Source of the DNA: Octopus sinensis
Taxonomy: Eukaryota
Assembly (NCBI RefSeq): GCF_006345805.1
Contig: NC_043005.1
Span: 25,606,001-25,670,000, forward strand
Direction of reading: 5' to 3'
DNA length: 64,000 bases
Shown: piece by piece, positions 1 to 12,374 of the stretch
Position numbering within the stretch: the stretch's first letter is position 1
Layout: each line of letters opens with the position of its first letter
Position numbers and translations under genes: made by a program
Notes under the pieces: model-generated
The model's database searches: none
What the model was told of the DNA's origin: nothing
The model's input: only the letters and a program-made list of their open reading frames with translations

Positions 1-159
1 AAGTTAGGAGCGATTTGAAGATCACAGGTTTTTAAGTCGGATGAAAAGGGCTACACGATTAACTGCGTCTTGTGCTTGTAGGAAAGCCGGGTTTGAAATA
101 AGTGCTAGGGTTAGCAGGTCGGGTCAGGACGTCGTGAATGGAGTTCAGTGAATGAAAAA

Positions 160-922
160 GCATTCAATACGTACCTCTACTTTTACCTGAGCTAATTGTG
201 TTACTACCACTATATATCAGACCTGAAATTTCCAAACACTTAGTGAAGTTATTGGACGCCGAGGGGCAATCACTCAAATTGCTTAAAGATATCTTTCCTC
301 GATTAAGCGAAACAAAGTTCAAAGAAGACATTGTTGTCAGACCAGACAATCGAAAACTGATGAAGAATCAGATGATCGGAGATTCCTTGAATGAATTTGA
401 ACGACAAGCTTATGATACTGTGTTAAAAACAATTGAAAACTTTCTACGAAAATACTGGATTTCCTTTTGGAGTCATTCGATGAACAGATTATTAAAATGT
501 CCTTGGAGATTCACTTTTTAAAAAGTCTCTCGGATTTCTTTCCTTTGGATTTGGGTAAGACCAGTAATCACAACTATTGAAACAAGTTAGCAAGGGCGAA
601 CCGATCCCCGCATAATGGCTTCACTCCTCTTGAACTCCATGTGTTTGAACTGATCTTGGCTGTGAAAGCAATGCTTTATTTTTCTAAGTTTATATTGTTA
701 TTTTAACGTTGATTAATTGTAGTTTAAGTACGCTATTAATTTACATGCAATCTTCACAAGATTAGACATTTGTTTCTGTAAATGTTGTATAAGAGGGATA
801 ACTTATAGATCAAAATATAGGCGTAACTTCATCAAAACGGATTTCATATTGATAAAGAGCACTCCAATATTAACTGATGTCAACTAAAGTAGAGTTTGCT
901 ATAAAATTAGTGTCAGGCAGTG
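160..922 (+). mobile_element. Decayed 3' part of a CMC/Chapaev3-like DNA transposon (transposase remnant plus right terminus)
   Basis: ORF 198-521 LLPLYIRPEI..IFPRLSETKFKEDIVVRPDNRKLM and the downstream frame LEIHFLKSLSDFFPLDLG resemble the LPPLHIKLGL / KEGIFVGPQIR / HFLHSHLDFFP motifs of this family. The element ends ...GGCAGTG at 922 followed by TAA, a TWA-type target. Confidence 0.6.
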
Positions 923-1514
923 TAATGAATTTTTAATGCATTAACGTTTGTAAAAATGACCACTTATGGACCAAGTGGTTGTAATAACTTAGCCACAGAT
1001 TCAATACACTTTTCAAAACGACCACTTATTGACAGTTGTTATTTGTATTTATGACATCTGAAATTCTGTAATTCCCTTAGCTGAATCGGTTCCAATAGCC
1101 TCTTCTGCCATTTTGTGCATAAATGTTTAACCGAGTATCTGAAGCTTCAATAAAGGTTGTTTTTGATGGAGAAAGCAAGTGCACAATAGAAAAATGCTAG
1201 TTTTCCATAATAATATCATTATCACTCTAGTGGTTACAATTTGTATCCTGAATCTCAATATAGCAATTAGTTTGGTAGCTTTAACTCAATTAATGGTAAT
1301 AATCACGTGTTTTGTTTTTGTTCAGTTAATTTGATTGATTATATTATGTTAAATATTTATCCAAGTTAGTCTGGCGGTAGTCTCTGTTTTTTTTCTGATG
1401 TAGACATTGTCCATCAATTTCCTATGGAGATTGTTAATATAATTTGTAGCAGTCCAAATGTCTGTACAACTTTAGCAGAACTGGTTAACATATATTCTTT
1501 CACCAGTTTATTTT

Positions 1515-1650
1515 CTGGAACAGTAAAAATATGCAAGACTTTTCTCAGATTCAAAATATGATACAGTTTTGTTAGCTACATTCCAATGATGGAATTTTGT
1601 ACATTTGATAGAAACCAGCTCTTTCTTCAGAAGAAGAATTCAAATGATTA
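1515..1650 (+). mobile_element. 3' tip of an RLE-type non-LTR retrotransposon
   Basis: GGAACAGTAAAAATATGCAAGACTTTTCTC encodes GTVKICKTFL. It is a diverged homolog of 2048-2177 and is followed by (TACA)n. Confidence 0.5.
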
Positions 1651-1664
1651 AAAACAGAAGAAAA

Positions 1665-1950
1665 CATACGTGTATACATACATACATACATGCATATATA
1701 ATAAATCCTGAAATAAAACTGAAAAATGACATACATACATGCACACATACATACACACATACATTCTTGCATACATAAACACAGACATACATGCACACAT
1801 ACATACACACATACATACACACATACATACACACATATACATACATACATACATACACACATACATACACACATATACACACACATACATACATACATAC
1901 ATACATACATACATACATACATACATACATACATACATACATACATACAT
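1665..1950. repeat. (TACA)n / (CA)n compound microsatellite
   Basis: Directly visible tandem repeat. Confidence 0.95.
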
Positions 1951-1954
1951 GTAT

Positions 1955-2180
1955 GAGCAAATGCCTCCGTGACAGTCCGGGAAAGCCAAGATTTCAGAAA
2001 AAGAAATTGACCATTTATTTCGTACGTTACAAATACAATCTGTAAGTGGAACAATAAAAATATGCAAGGCATTTTCAAGCTTAAAATGTGAGATTGATTT
2101 TGTAACTTACATTCCAGCGTTGGAGCTTTGTATCTTTGTCAAAAGCCAGCTCCTTCTTTAGAGGTCGACTTCAAATATTT
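1955..2180 (+). mobile_element. 3' end of an RLE-type non-LTR retrotransposon (second, diverged copy)
   Basis: Translates SEKEIDHLFRTLQIQSVSGTIKICKAF, a typical C-terminus. The 3' UTR is similar to 1545-1650. Confidence 0.55.
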
Positions 2181-2269
2181 ATAATTTATCAACAAAAGAG
2201 AACACACACAGACACATATATTAAGAGAGCTAACATTTTCAAAAGGTTTTGATCCTGTAGCCTGTACCA

Positions 2270-2400
2270 CACAGTTTCCGTCTACCAAATTTACACACAA
2301 GTCTTAGCTCGTCTCTTGGATATAGAAACAAACAACTCCCCAACTTTCCGTGCAGTTGAACGGAATCTGAAACTACATGTTTGTAAAACGAACTCCACAT
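2270..2400 (-). mobile_element. Decayed fragment of tRNA-derived SINE family 1
   Basis: cagtttccgtctaccaaat... matches the fuller copies at 12591-13018 and 24471-24875. Confidence 0.65.
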
Positions 2401-2894
2401 TTATGAAAAACAGTATTTTAAATGTGGCTGCAATCTTTTAAATGTAGTCTTTAAAATCATTCTTGTTTTGGTAAAACCATAATGATGCATTTTTACAACC
2501 TCATGGTTCTTTGTCACACATACTGTTAACCTTGTATCAAATTCATACATACACATTCTCCTAAATTTAGAATATTTTAAATCCCATTTTAGCATTAGAA
2601 TTTTCTCTTTGATTTTCTTAGTTCCTTTCACAGGAATCATGTTCTACATTCTGACACAACAACGCGGATGACACGTTGATATAATTCCATATATTTCCAA
2701 TAATGCAGCTCTTGTCTTTTTCATGTTGTTTGCTTCTACTCTTTTATATCTCGTTATTCGCTCTCATAACTCTTATCGCAGCCATCGTTATCATTGCTTC
2801 TAGTTTAATAATCATCATCACCATCATCACATTATCATTATTTCTGTTACTCTTCAACCACTTGCCACTACGATGATCGCAATTATCTATCTAT

Positions 2895-3230
2895 TCACTT
2901 TCTCTCTTTCTGTCTTTCTTTACAAATTTCTCTCTTTTTCTCCCTCTCTCCCTCTCTCTTTCTCTCCTTCCTTCCCTCTCTCCTCCTCTCTCTCTCTCTT
3001 TCTCTTTATCACTCCCTCCCTCCCTATCCCTCTCTCCCCTCTCTCTCCTTTTCTTGTCATCTCTCCCTCACTTTCTCTCTTTCTCCCCTTCTCCCCCTCC
3101 ACTCTCTTTCTTTCTTTTCATCTCTTTGTCTGTCTTTCTCTCCCTCTGTCTCTGTCACTCTATCCCTGCATGTCTCTCCCTCCCTCCTTATCGCCCTCTC
3201 TCTTTCATCTCCCTCTCTCTCTCTTTCTCT

Positions 3231-3267
<37 letters not shown>

Positions 3268-3275
3268 TCCCTTTC
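2895..3275. repeat. Polypyrimidine (CT-rich) low-complexity tract
   Basis: Almost only C/T and includes (CT)n. Confidence 0.9.
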
Positions 3276-3299
3276 TGAACATATGTTTGTGTTTTGCGT

Positions 3300-3625
3300 A
3301 TCTTTTATCTCTTATTGGTCTCAGCCATTGGATTGCAGCCATGCTATCGCTGGCCTTGAGGTGGTTTGTTGAACACATCGACACTGGAACTTACTTATTT
3401 AATGCCTCGTACTTATGCTAATTTTATCAGATCTCTTTTGCCGAACCACGAAGTTGTGGAGACGTAAAAAAATCAACACCGTTTATATCGTAACACACAA
3501 GGCTTTGGTCGGCCTGGTGTCATAGTAGAAAACACTTGTCCATGGTGCCACCAAATTGCCTGAACCCGAAACCATATGCCATGTGACTGGAAAGAAAATT
3601 CCTCACGAACAGTTACGCCTGCGTC
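3300..3625 (-). mobile_element. SINE family 1, decayed copy
   Basis: Shares ctcttttgccgaacc, cacaaggctttggtcggcc and the cctgcg head with 12591-13018. Confidence 0.75.
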
Positions 3626-3636
3626 TATATATATAT

Positions 3637-3732
3637 AGGGAGAGTTTACGAACAAAACAAAAGACGAAGAGAGGTGGTGTAAAAAACAAACAGATGTATT
3701 AGTATAACGCTCAGAAATAGAAATACTTTTAC
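3637..3732 (-). mobile_element. Fragment of a short Penelope-type non-coding element, truncated by the satellite
   Basis: Reverse complement is homologous to 54595-54690 (ctaatacatctgtttgtt..tacaccac..tcttcgtcttttgtttt..gtaaa). Confidence 0.55.
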
Positions 3733-5490
3733 CCGAAAGGTTTTGAAAAATGTTTTGAAAATCTTGCCCAAAAATTTTTTCAAAATTGTTTTAAAACTTT
3801 CCCCAAAATATTTGAAAAATTTTTTGAAAATTTTCCCCAGAATTTTTGAAAGATTTTTTAAAAATTGTCCATTTATCGAAAATTTTTGAAAAATTTTTGA
3901 AAAATCTTTTGAAAATTATCCCAAAAATTATTGAAAAAATTTTTTGAGAAATTTTGGAAATTTTCCCCAAAAATTTTGAAAAATTTGGGGAAAATTTCTA
4001 TATATCTATATATCTATCTATCTATATATATCTATCCATATATAAATATATATCTATATATATCTATCTATCTACATATATATATATACATACCGATCTA
4101 TATATATATATCTCTATATATATATATCACATACATATTTCCACAAAAAATTTTTCGAAAATTTTCACTGACAATTTTTCGAAAATTTTCACCGAAAATA
4201 TCCCCACAAAACTTTTCGAAAATTTTCGCGAAATTTTACCCAAAACGTTTTCGAAAATGTTCACCGAAAATTTTTCTAAGAAAATTTTCACCGACAATTT
4301 TTCGAAAATTTTACCCAAAAATTTTTCGAAAATGTTCGCCGAAAATTTTCGCCAAAAATTTTCTAAAAGTTTTCACCGAAAATTTTAGCCAAAAATTTTT
4401 GCCGAAAATTTTAACCAAAAATTTTTCGAAAATGTTCACAGAAAATTTTACCCAAAGATTTTTCAAAAATTTTACCGAAAATTTTTACCGAAAAATTTTT
4501 CGAAAATGTTCACCGAAAATTTTTCCCAAATATTTTTCGAAAATTTTCACCAAAAATTTTTCGAAAATTGTCACCGGAAATTTTACCCAAAACTTTCTGA
4601 AAATTTTTACCGAAAATTCTAACCAAAAATTTGTCGAAAATTTTACCCAAAAAATTTTTCGAAAATGTTCGCCGAAAATTTTCGCCAAAAATTTTCTAAA
4701 AGTTTTCACCGAAAATTTTAGCCAAAAATTTTTGCCGAAAATTTTAACCAAAAATTTTTCGAAAATGTTCACAGAAAATTTTACCCAAAGATTTTTCAAA
4801 AATTTTACCGAAAATTTTACCGAAAAATTTTTCGAAAATGTTCACCGAAAATTTTTCCCAAATATTTTTCGAAAATTTTCACCAAAAATTTTTCGAAAAT
4901 TGTCACCGGAAATTTTACCCCAAAACTTTCTGAAAATTTTTACCGAAAATTCTAACCAAAAATTTGTCGAAAATTTTACCCAAAAAATTTCGAAAATTTT
5001 ACCCAAAACTTTTTCGAAAATGTTCACCGAAAATATCCCCACAAAAGTTTTTTAAAAATTTCGCGAAAATTTTACCCAAAACTTTTTTGTAGATGTTCAC
5101 CGAAAATTTTACGAAAAAATTTTCACCGAAAATTTTACCCAAAAATTTTCTGAAAATTTTTACGGAAAATTCAACCCAAAGATTTTTCGAAAATTTTACC
5201 GAAAAGTTTTTCGAAACTCTTCACCGAAAATATCACCACAAAATTTTTCGAAAATTTTACCCAAAAATTTTACCCAAAAATTTTTCGAAAGTTTTCACCG
5301 AAAATATCCCCACAAACTTTTTCGAAAATTTTCGCGAAAATTTTAATCAAAACTTTTTCGAAAATGTTCACCGAAAATTTTACAAAAAAATTTTCTGAAA
5401 ATTTTCAACGAAAATTTTACCCAAAAATTTTTGCAGAAAATTTTAACCAAAAATTTTTCGAAAATGTTCAACGAAAATTTTACCCAAATA
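3733..5490. repeat. AAAATTTT-core minisatellite (about 11-13 bp units) with an internal TA/TATC tract (about 3998-4138) and a ~333-bp higher-order duplication
   Basis: Units such as cgaaaatttt, caccgaaaatttt and acccaaaaatttt. The marker aatgttcgcc recurs at 4331 and 4664. Confidence 0.92.
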
Positions 5491-5494
5491 CTTA

Positions 5495-5905
5495 CTGAGA
5501 CGAAAACACCTGATGTATAGCAAAGGGAAAATCGGTGGTTTCATGACGACAATGCACCTGTGCAAACTGCATTGAATGTGAAAGAGTTTTTGACTATAAA
5601 TGGCATGACTCTGCTTACCTACGCTTCTTATTCATCCGATCTTGCTCTCTGCGACTTTTATTTTGTGCGCCGAGTGAAAAAAGTCATTAAAGGAAATCGT
5701 TTTGCAGATGTGGAAAGGCGAAGCAAAATACGACAGAGGCGTTAAAAGTTATTGCATCGCAAGAGATCCTGGCGTGTTTCGAACAGTAGAAAACGCGTCT
5801 GGGCCGATGCAGTGCTTCAAATAGAGAATACTGTGAAAGCGATAAAAAAATATAGTGAATAAAATAATCTTGGAAAAATTCAAGATTCTTTTAAGTGTTC
5901 CATCG
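5495..5905 (+). mobile_element. Mariner transposon 3' remnant
   Basis: WFHDDNAPVQT...YSSDLALCDFYF corresponds to the HHDNAPAH...YSPDLAPCDF catalytic region. Decayed TIR ends ..CCATCG followed by TA. Confidence 0.85.
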
Positions 5906-6131
5906 TATAATCTTCCTTGGAAGTACAGTTCTTGTAATGTATTTTATTTTTGGGTTGTTTAGTTTCATGTTATGATTTTAGTTATTCAGATATTTTCGTA
6001 GCAGTGGTATTTATTATGCTGGGTTGTGGAAAGTGAAAGGAATATAAACTAGGTCAGTTAAGATGCATATACATATGTGTGTGTGTGTATGTAAGTGTGT
6101 ATATATATATGTATATATATATATGTATATA

Positions 6132-6193
<62 letters not shown>

Positions 6194-6217
6194 TAGATAG
6201 ATAGATAGATAGATAGG

Positions 6218-6249
<32 letters not shown>

Positions 6250-6569
6250 AAGATAGATTCAGGCAACAGGTAAGAGCTAGATATGCACCGTATACAAGAC
6301 ACGTTGCAGTGCTCAAATGAGAGTGTACTCAAAGTAGGAATGCTTCATCCAGGACAAAGTCCACGGCGTCAATTGCAGCCATAAGAATAACCCAAGAAAT
6401 GCTGATATGGAGGTAGCGAAGCAATCAAACGGAATTACGCTTGAACCATATATACATACATGTTTACATACTCACCCAGGCACACATCAAACATATACAC
6501 ACGCACACACACAAACACATATATCTACATATATTCAGAAAGATATGCACACACACACACACACACACA

Positions 6570-6621
<52 letters not shown>

Positions 6622-6702
6622 GTATATATTCTAGTATACTAACATAGAGCATAAAAAATATAAAATACTAAGAAGAGAATATATAACTTGTTAATTTGTT
6701 AA

Positions 6703-6849
6703 CTCAACAGCTGTTTCAGGAACATTAGACTTGATTAGTAATTGTAATGTTCATAATTTCCAGCTTGAATGTGCCAGACGTCTTGGGTATGCAACCAGTA
6801 TACAGTTATACAGGGATATTACAATAAGTCCGTCTCTTCTTATCAAGAG
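6703..6849 (-). ncRNA. Type I hammerhead-like motif, U3-A8 core, with a very long stem II
   Basis: Minus strand: CUC-UUGAUAA-[~120 nt containing GGACUU/AAGUCU and AUUGUAAU/AUUACAAU helices]-GAAA-CAGCUG-UU-GAG. The base of stem II is imperfect. Confidence 0.55.
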
Positions 6850-7331
6850 ACGTTTCGCGAAGTCCATCCGTATAGTAGCGTCAGAGATTTAAAGGTTCAA
6901 GGAAGAGAGGTTGAAGAATAAGAAGGAAAATCAGAGAGGGGGAGAAGAATATATGCTACGTAGGAAGGAGGAACAGAGATAAGGAATATGTGTGACAGGA
7001 AGAGGGAGGCGGGTTTTATAACATAAAGGGGGGGGGAGAACAGAGATAGAATAGATCAAAGGGTGAGAAGAGGGGAGGAGGTAAAGATATATCGTTTCTA
7101 AATTGTAAATACTACGATTATTACGTAACTTCGAGGTTCCAGTTACAACAATCAAATTAAATTTTGTATTCTCTCTTTAGTAATTTCTATTTTGTTATAC
7201 TTTCTATTTTGTTATACCTATGTAAACATATGTGTATAAATATATAGATGCATATATACATAATTTATATCTGTGTGTATAAATATATATGTATATATAA
7301 ATATATATATATACACACACATATATGTATG

Positions 7332-7362
<31 letters not shown>

Positions 7363-7421
7363 ATGTGTGTATGTATATATAGTACTATGTATTATGTACA
7401 TTGTATTTAAAATAAGAGATA

Positions 7422-7643
7422 CTAAATGTTTATTGCCATAGAGACACTGTGATTAGCCAGATTTGTATAACATGCTTTGTGTGTCCATGTAATTTTCAGG
7501 CTCGAGGTTGATGGTTAGTTTTACTTAATTTTCAAATAGATCTAACCATTAACCTTGAGCCTGAAGATTACTTGGAGACACATGGCATGTTATGTAAATC
7601 TGAGTATCATAGTGTCTCTATTTCTATGGCAATAAAATTTTAG
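7422..7643 (+). repeat. Imperfect ~100-bp-arm inverted repeat (fold-back hairpin)
   Basis: Arm 7422-7518 aligns to the reverse complement of 7542-7643. Confidence 0.9.
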
Positions 7644-7925
7644 CAGGTCTTTGTCCAAATGCTGTGTGCAAATGATAATCTTGTCTCAATGGATAGAATA
7701 GCTTTTACCTCATCGTACACTAACGGAACAACAAACATATATATATATATAATATATAATATATATATATATATATATATAATATATATATATAGTCAGT
7801 TAGCAACTAAACCACACGACCTCATGTTCCTAAGTTTCATATCTACATCTTTATCTGTATATTACCTTCCCTAAGATGTCATTAATTGATTTGAAATCTT
7901 TTATATTACTGAAAACCTATATAAA

Positions 7926-8011
7926 TTAGCTGAAGATTACTCAGCATCTTAAATCGGCTGTAATATTTACAGCTTTTAATAAAATGTTGTAGTATGAAAC
8001 AATTGTACTAA
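7926..8011 (+). ncRNA. Type I hammerhead ribozyme motif (copy 1 of tandem pair)
   Basis: UUAG-CUGAAGA-u-UACU.CAGCAU..GCUGUAA/UUACAGC..AUGUUG.AGUA-u-GAAA-CAAUUG-UA-CUAA; GUA triplet at 8005-8007. Confidence 0.75.
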
Positions 8012-8284
8012 ATTACCGGCTCCATACTTGTTGCTTATTTTTTGTATATATATATATATATATAATATTATATTATATTATTTTAATATCCACAAAGTTC
8101 AGAACTTAACTGCTGCTCTTTATGGTCCAAATCAGATATACAATCTATGTGGGTGCCTTTCAAAACATTGCCGGGTTTAAACCGCCACATCAGATAGCAT
8201 GATGGTTCTAAGGTGTATGCACAGGAGGTGGTCAAACTCTGCATAAGGAGTAAGCAATCAACATATATATATATATATAGATAT

Positions 8285-8388
<104 letters not shown>

Positions 8389-8521
8389 GTCAGTTAGCAA
8401 CTAAACCACACGACCTCATGTTCCTAAGTTTCATATCTACATCTTTATCTGTATATTTACCTTCCCTAAGATGTCATTAATTGATTTGAAATCTTTTATA
8501 TTACTGGAAAACCTATATAAA

Positions 8522-8607
8522 TTAGCTGAAGATTACTCAGCATCTTAAATCGGCTGTAATATTTACAGCTTTTAATAAAATGTTGTAGTATGAAACAATT
8601 GTACTAA
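8522..8607 (+). ncRNA. Type I hammerhead ribozyme motif (copy 2 of tandem pair)
   Basis: Same motif as 7926-8011; GUA at 8601-8603. Confidence 0.75.
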
Positions 8608-8855
8608 ATTACCGGCTCCATACTTGTTGCTTATTTTTTGTATATATATATATATATATAATATTATATTATATTTATTTTAATATCCACAAAGTTCAGA
8701 ACTTAACTGCTGCTCTTTATGGTCCAAATCAGATATACAATCTATGTGGGTGCCTTTCAAAACATTGCCGGGTTTAAACCGCCACATCAGATAGCATGAT
8801 GGTTCTAAGGTGTATGCACAGGAGGTGGTCAAACTCTGCATAAGGAGTAAGCAAT

Positions 8856-9020
<165 letters not shown>

Positions 9021-10071
9021 ATATATATATATATTATATATATATGTATGTATGTGTGTATGTATACACACACGTTAATATGTATGTGTGTATATGTGTA
9101 TGTACAAATGTCGGAATATATATATATATATATGTATATATATGTTTATGCATATATATATATAGATATATATATATATAATATTATATTATATTATGTT
9201 CAGAAACACACATTATAGTCATTGTATCCATGTTTTTCGTTACACCTGGTCCCTTATTATATCAGATACGGTGTTTTGATGTTCTACGATAGAGCATGAA
9301 AGATATGTGAATAAGAGAACAAACAAGGAAATTGAGAGAACACATAATTGACATAGATACATCCGTACATGCCGACATAAATACATACAACCATATAAAA
9401 TATATGTATATATATATACATACACACTAACACACACATATACACAAATACATACATATTTACATCCACACGCATATGTTTATACACATATGCTCGCGTA
9501 CACAAAACGCATACATAGAGCGATACGCTTATATTCTCACTTCATGTTGATTCGTATCTTCTATACCGTGCTGTCCTACTTTTGTAGTACCAGCAGATTG
9601 TGAAATTGCACGCTTAGATTTCCCAGTTTTTTCTTATTTTTTTTTTGTTCCCCGTATGTTTGGACTATTTCATACTGCAATGAACTGCTGCAATATAGTG
9701 CAATGTTATTAAAAATCCTAAGTTATCTTATCTCTCCTTCATCTCACTACCTTGGAGACAACTGGAGTGTTTCATTGTGAGAAATGTAATTATCTTACAA
9801 CTTGGCCATTCACTTTTCCTAACAGTTATATACGTGTGAGGGTACTCTTGTACAAGATACGTACATGCCTACCTCCCTCCCTACTTACCTTCACACATAC
9901 ACACACATATATAATTATAAGTTTGCATGTATATAGATATATATATATACATATATACATGTATATATACATATATATTTATACATATATATATATATGT
10001 GTGTGTGTGTGTGTATCTATACACACACATATTGAAATATACATATATGTATACATATATGCTTCAATAAA

Positions 10072-10112
<41 letters not shown>

Positions 10113-10369
10113 GTGTATGTATACACACACGTTAATATGTATGTGTGTATATGTGTATGTACAAATGTCGGAATATATATATATATATGTATATATATGT
10201 TTATGCATATATATATATAGATATATATGTGTATACATCTATACGCACATATTTATATATACGTATTTGTATAAATATAATCATGAACAAATGTGTGTAT
10301 ATATATATATATATATGAAAAAACAAGTAAAAAATAGAAAATGCTAAAATAATTTTATAGTGAACATTT

Positions 10370-10407
10370 CAGTACCGGTTTCGGTCATTTTGAGACCTTT
10401 TCAACTG
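10370..10407 (-). ncRNA. Minimal type I hammerhead ribozyme motif with U3-A8 core
   Basis: Minus strand: CAG-UUGAAAA-GGUC-ucaaaau-GACC-GAAA-CCGG-UA-CUG. Confidence 0.8.
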
Positions 10408-10528
10408 TAACGATTAAATAATTAAATTTAGAAAAATTAGAAGAAAAGTTTTTTTAAAAGAATATTTCTATAGTAGTGTTCAGATTTAAGTGGCATTCTG
10501 CCTTTCTCTGACTCCCTTGTTTGCACTT

Positions 10529-10616
<88 letters not shown>

Positions 10617-10742
10617 ATTCACACATTAATATGTATGTGTGTATACGTGTATGTACAAATGTCGGAATATATTTATGTATAAGCTATATACAGTAATATG
10701 TTGCGACAGATATGAATTTGTATGCTTGTGCCTGAGCGCCAG

Positions 10743-10773
<31 letters not shown>

Positions 10774-11179
10774 GTCAGCGTGTTTGTGCGCGTGTATACA
10801 TGCGTTTTATATGTTTTTGTTTTCCTTAGAGCATTTCTGTCGAATAGTGTGTTGGGGTTGACATCTCACGTTCGTGCTTGAGAATCCCGTTGCTTGAATT
10901 TAAATGTATTTGCGGTGTGTGTGTGTGTGTGTGTGTATACATGCGGATATGTCTACCTATATGCGTGAAGGCAATTATAGGTATGTGCTTGTATGTCCAC
11001 TAGGAAGTGTATGCATGTGTGTGTGTGTGTGTGTGTATATATGAATGACTCTATGTATGCATGTTTGTTTTGCTTTGCTCATTTTCGTCCTCATCTCTTG
11101 TAAGTGCGGTAATGATGGAGGAAAAATGCTTCCATCATCAATATCAATATCACCAATGAAATTCTTTCTGAGTATCCTC

Positions 11180-11479
11180 GTCGTTGTCGTCCTTCCCCCG
11201 CAATCGCACACCACGTCATCTCTTCTCACTAGCAGCATCGTCATCATTATGCTCATCCCCACAAGCGTTCTGGTGCCGCCGCCGCCGCCGCAGCCGCAAA
11301 CGCCGCCGCAGCCGCAACCGCCGCCACCGTCGTCGTCATAATCACCGCTCTTGTCATTGTCGTCGTCGTTTTCATCTTAATTTTTATTATCGTCATCGTA
11401 TCTGTCTTTACAATCAGCATTGTCATGAAGAAATATGTTGCAGCTGCTGCGGCTGCTGCCACTGCTGCTGCTGCTGCTG

Positions 11480-11567
<88 letters not shown>

Positions 11568-11661
11568 AATGCGGCTGCTACCGCGGCTACTGCTGCTACT
11601 ACAGCGACTACTACCACCATCATCAACACAATCACCACCACCACCGCCACCACTACTACTT

Positions 11662-11693
<32 letters not shown>

Positions 11694-11715
11694 GCTGCTG
11701 CTGCTGCTGCTGCTG

Positions 11716-11747
<32 letters not shown>

Positions 11748-12072
11748 GCTGCTGCTACTGCAGCTACTGCTGCAACTACTGCAACTATTATTGCTACTAC
11801 AAATACCACCACCGTCACTACTACTACTACAAGCTACTACTATCGCTGGCTGCTGTTGTTTCTGCTACTGCTACAACTATTACTGCTACTACAATTACCA
11901 CCACCAGCATCACTACTACTACTACTACGACTACTACTACTACTAATACTACTACTACATCTACTACTACTAATACTACTACCACTACCACTGCTGCTAC
12001 TGGTGCTACTGCTGTTGCTACTACAGTGATTACTACCACCAACACCATCAACACAATCACCACCACTACCAT

Positions 12073-12105
<33 letters not shown>

Positions 12106-12134
12106 CTCTACTACTACTACTACTACTACTACCT

Positions 12135-12170
<36 letters not shown>
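11180..12170. repeat. Compound trinucleotide microsatellite (GCC/GTC/GCT/ACT/ACC)
   Basis: Directly visible. Confidence 0.95.
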
Positions 12171-12171
<1 letters not shown>

Positions 12172-12350
12172 ATGCTTCAAGCTTGGAAGTAATCGAACTG
12201 TACTCTTCAAAACTTGAACTAAGAATATGTACAAGGTAAAATTACTACCTGCTTCTACAGCAGGTTGATGTAGGTAGCTTATCCCGCCCCAACCAACTTT
12301 TACTTCATGCAATTGGAAAAAAACCGCATTATTTATTGGATGACCCAATA
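12171..12350 (-). mobile_element. Mariner-type terminal fragment
   Basis: Ends aaaaaaaccgcattatttattggatgacccaata, i.e. TA-TTGGGTCATCCAATAAATAATGCGG on the minus strand, a mariner-style TIR. Confidence 0.55.
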
Positions 12351-12374
12351 TACACACACACACATATGCGATGC

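Noticed and set aside
3931-5055. 374-aa ORF (FRKFSPKI repeats)
   Set aside because: It is a translation of the A4T4 satellite and a TA tract, is open in several frames and on both strands, and has no domain or gene context.
4140-5490. CRISPR-like regular repeats
   Set aside because: No unique spacers, no cas genes, and a eukaryotic context.
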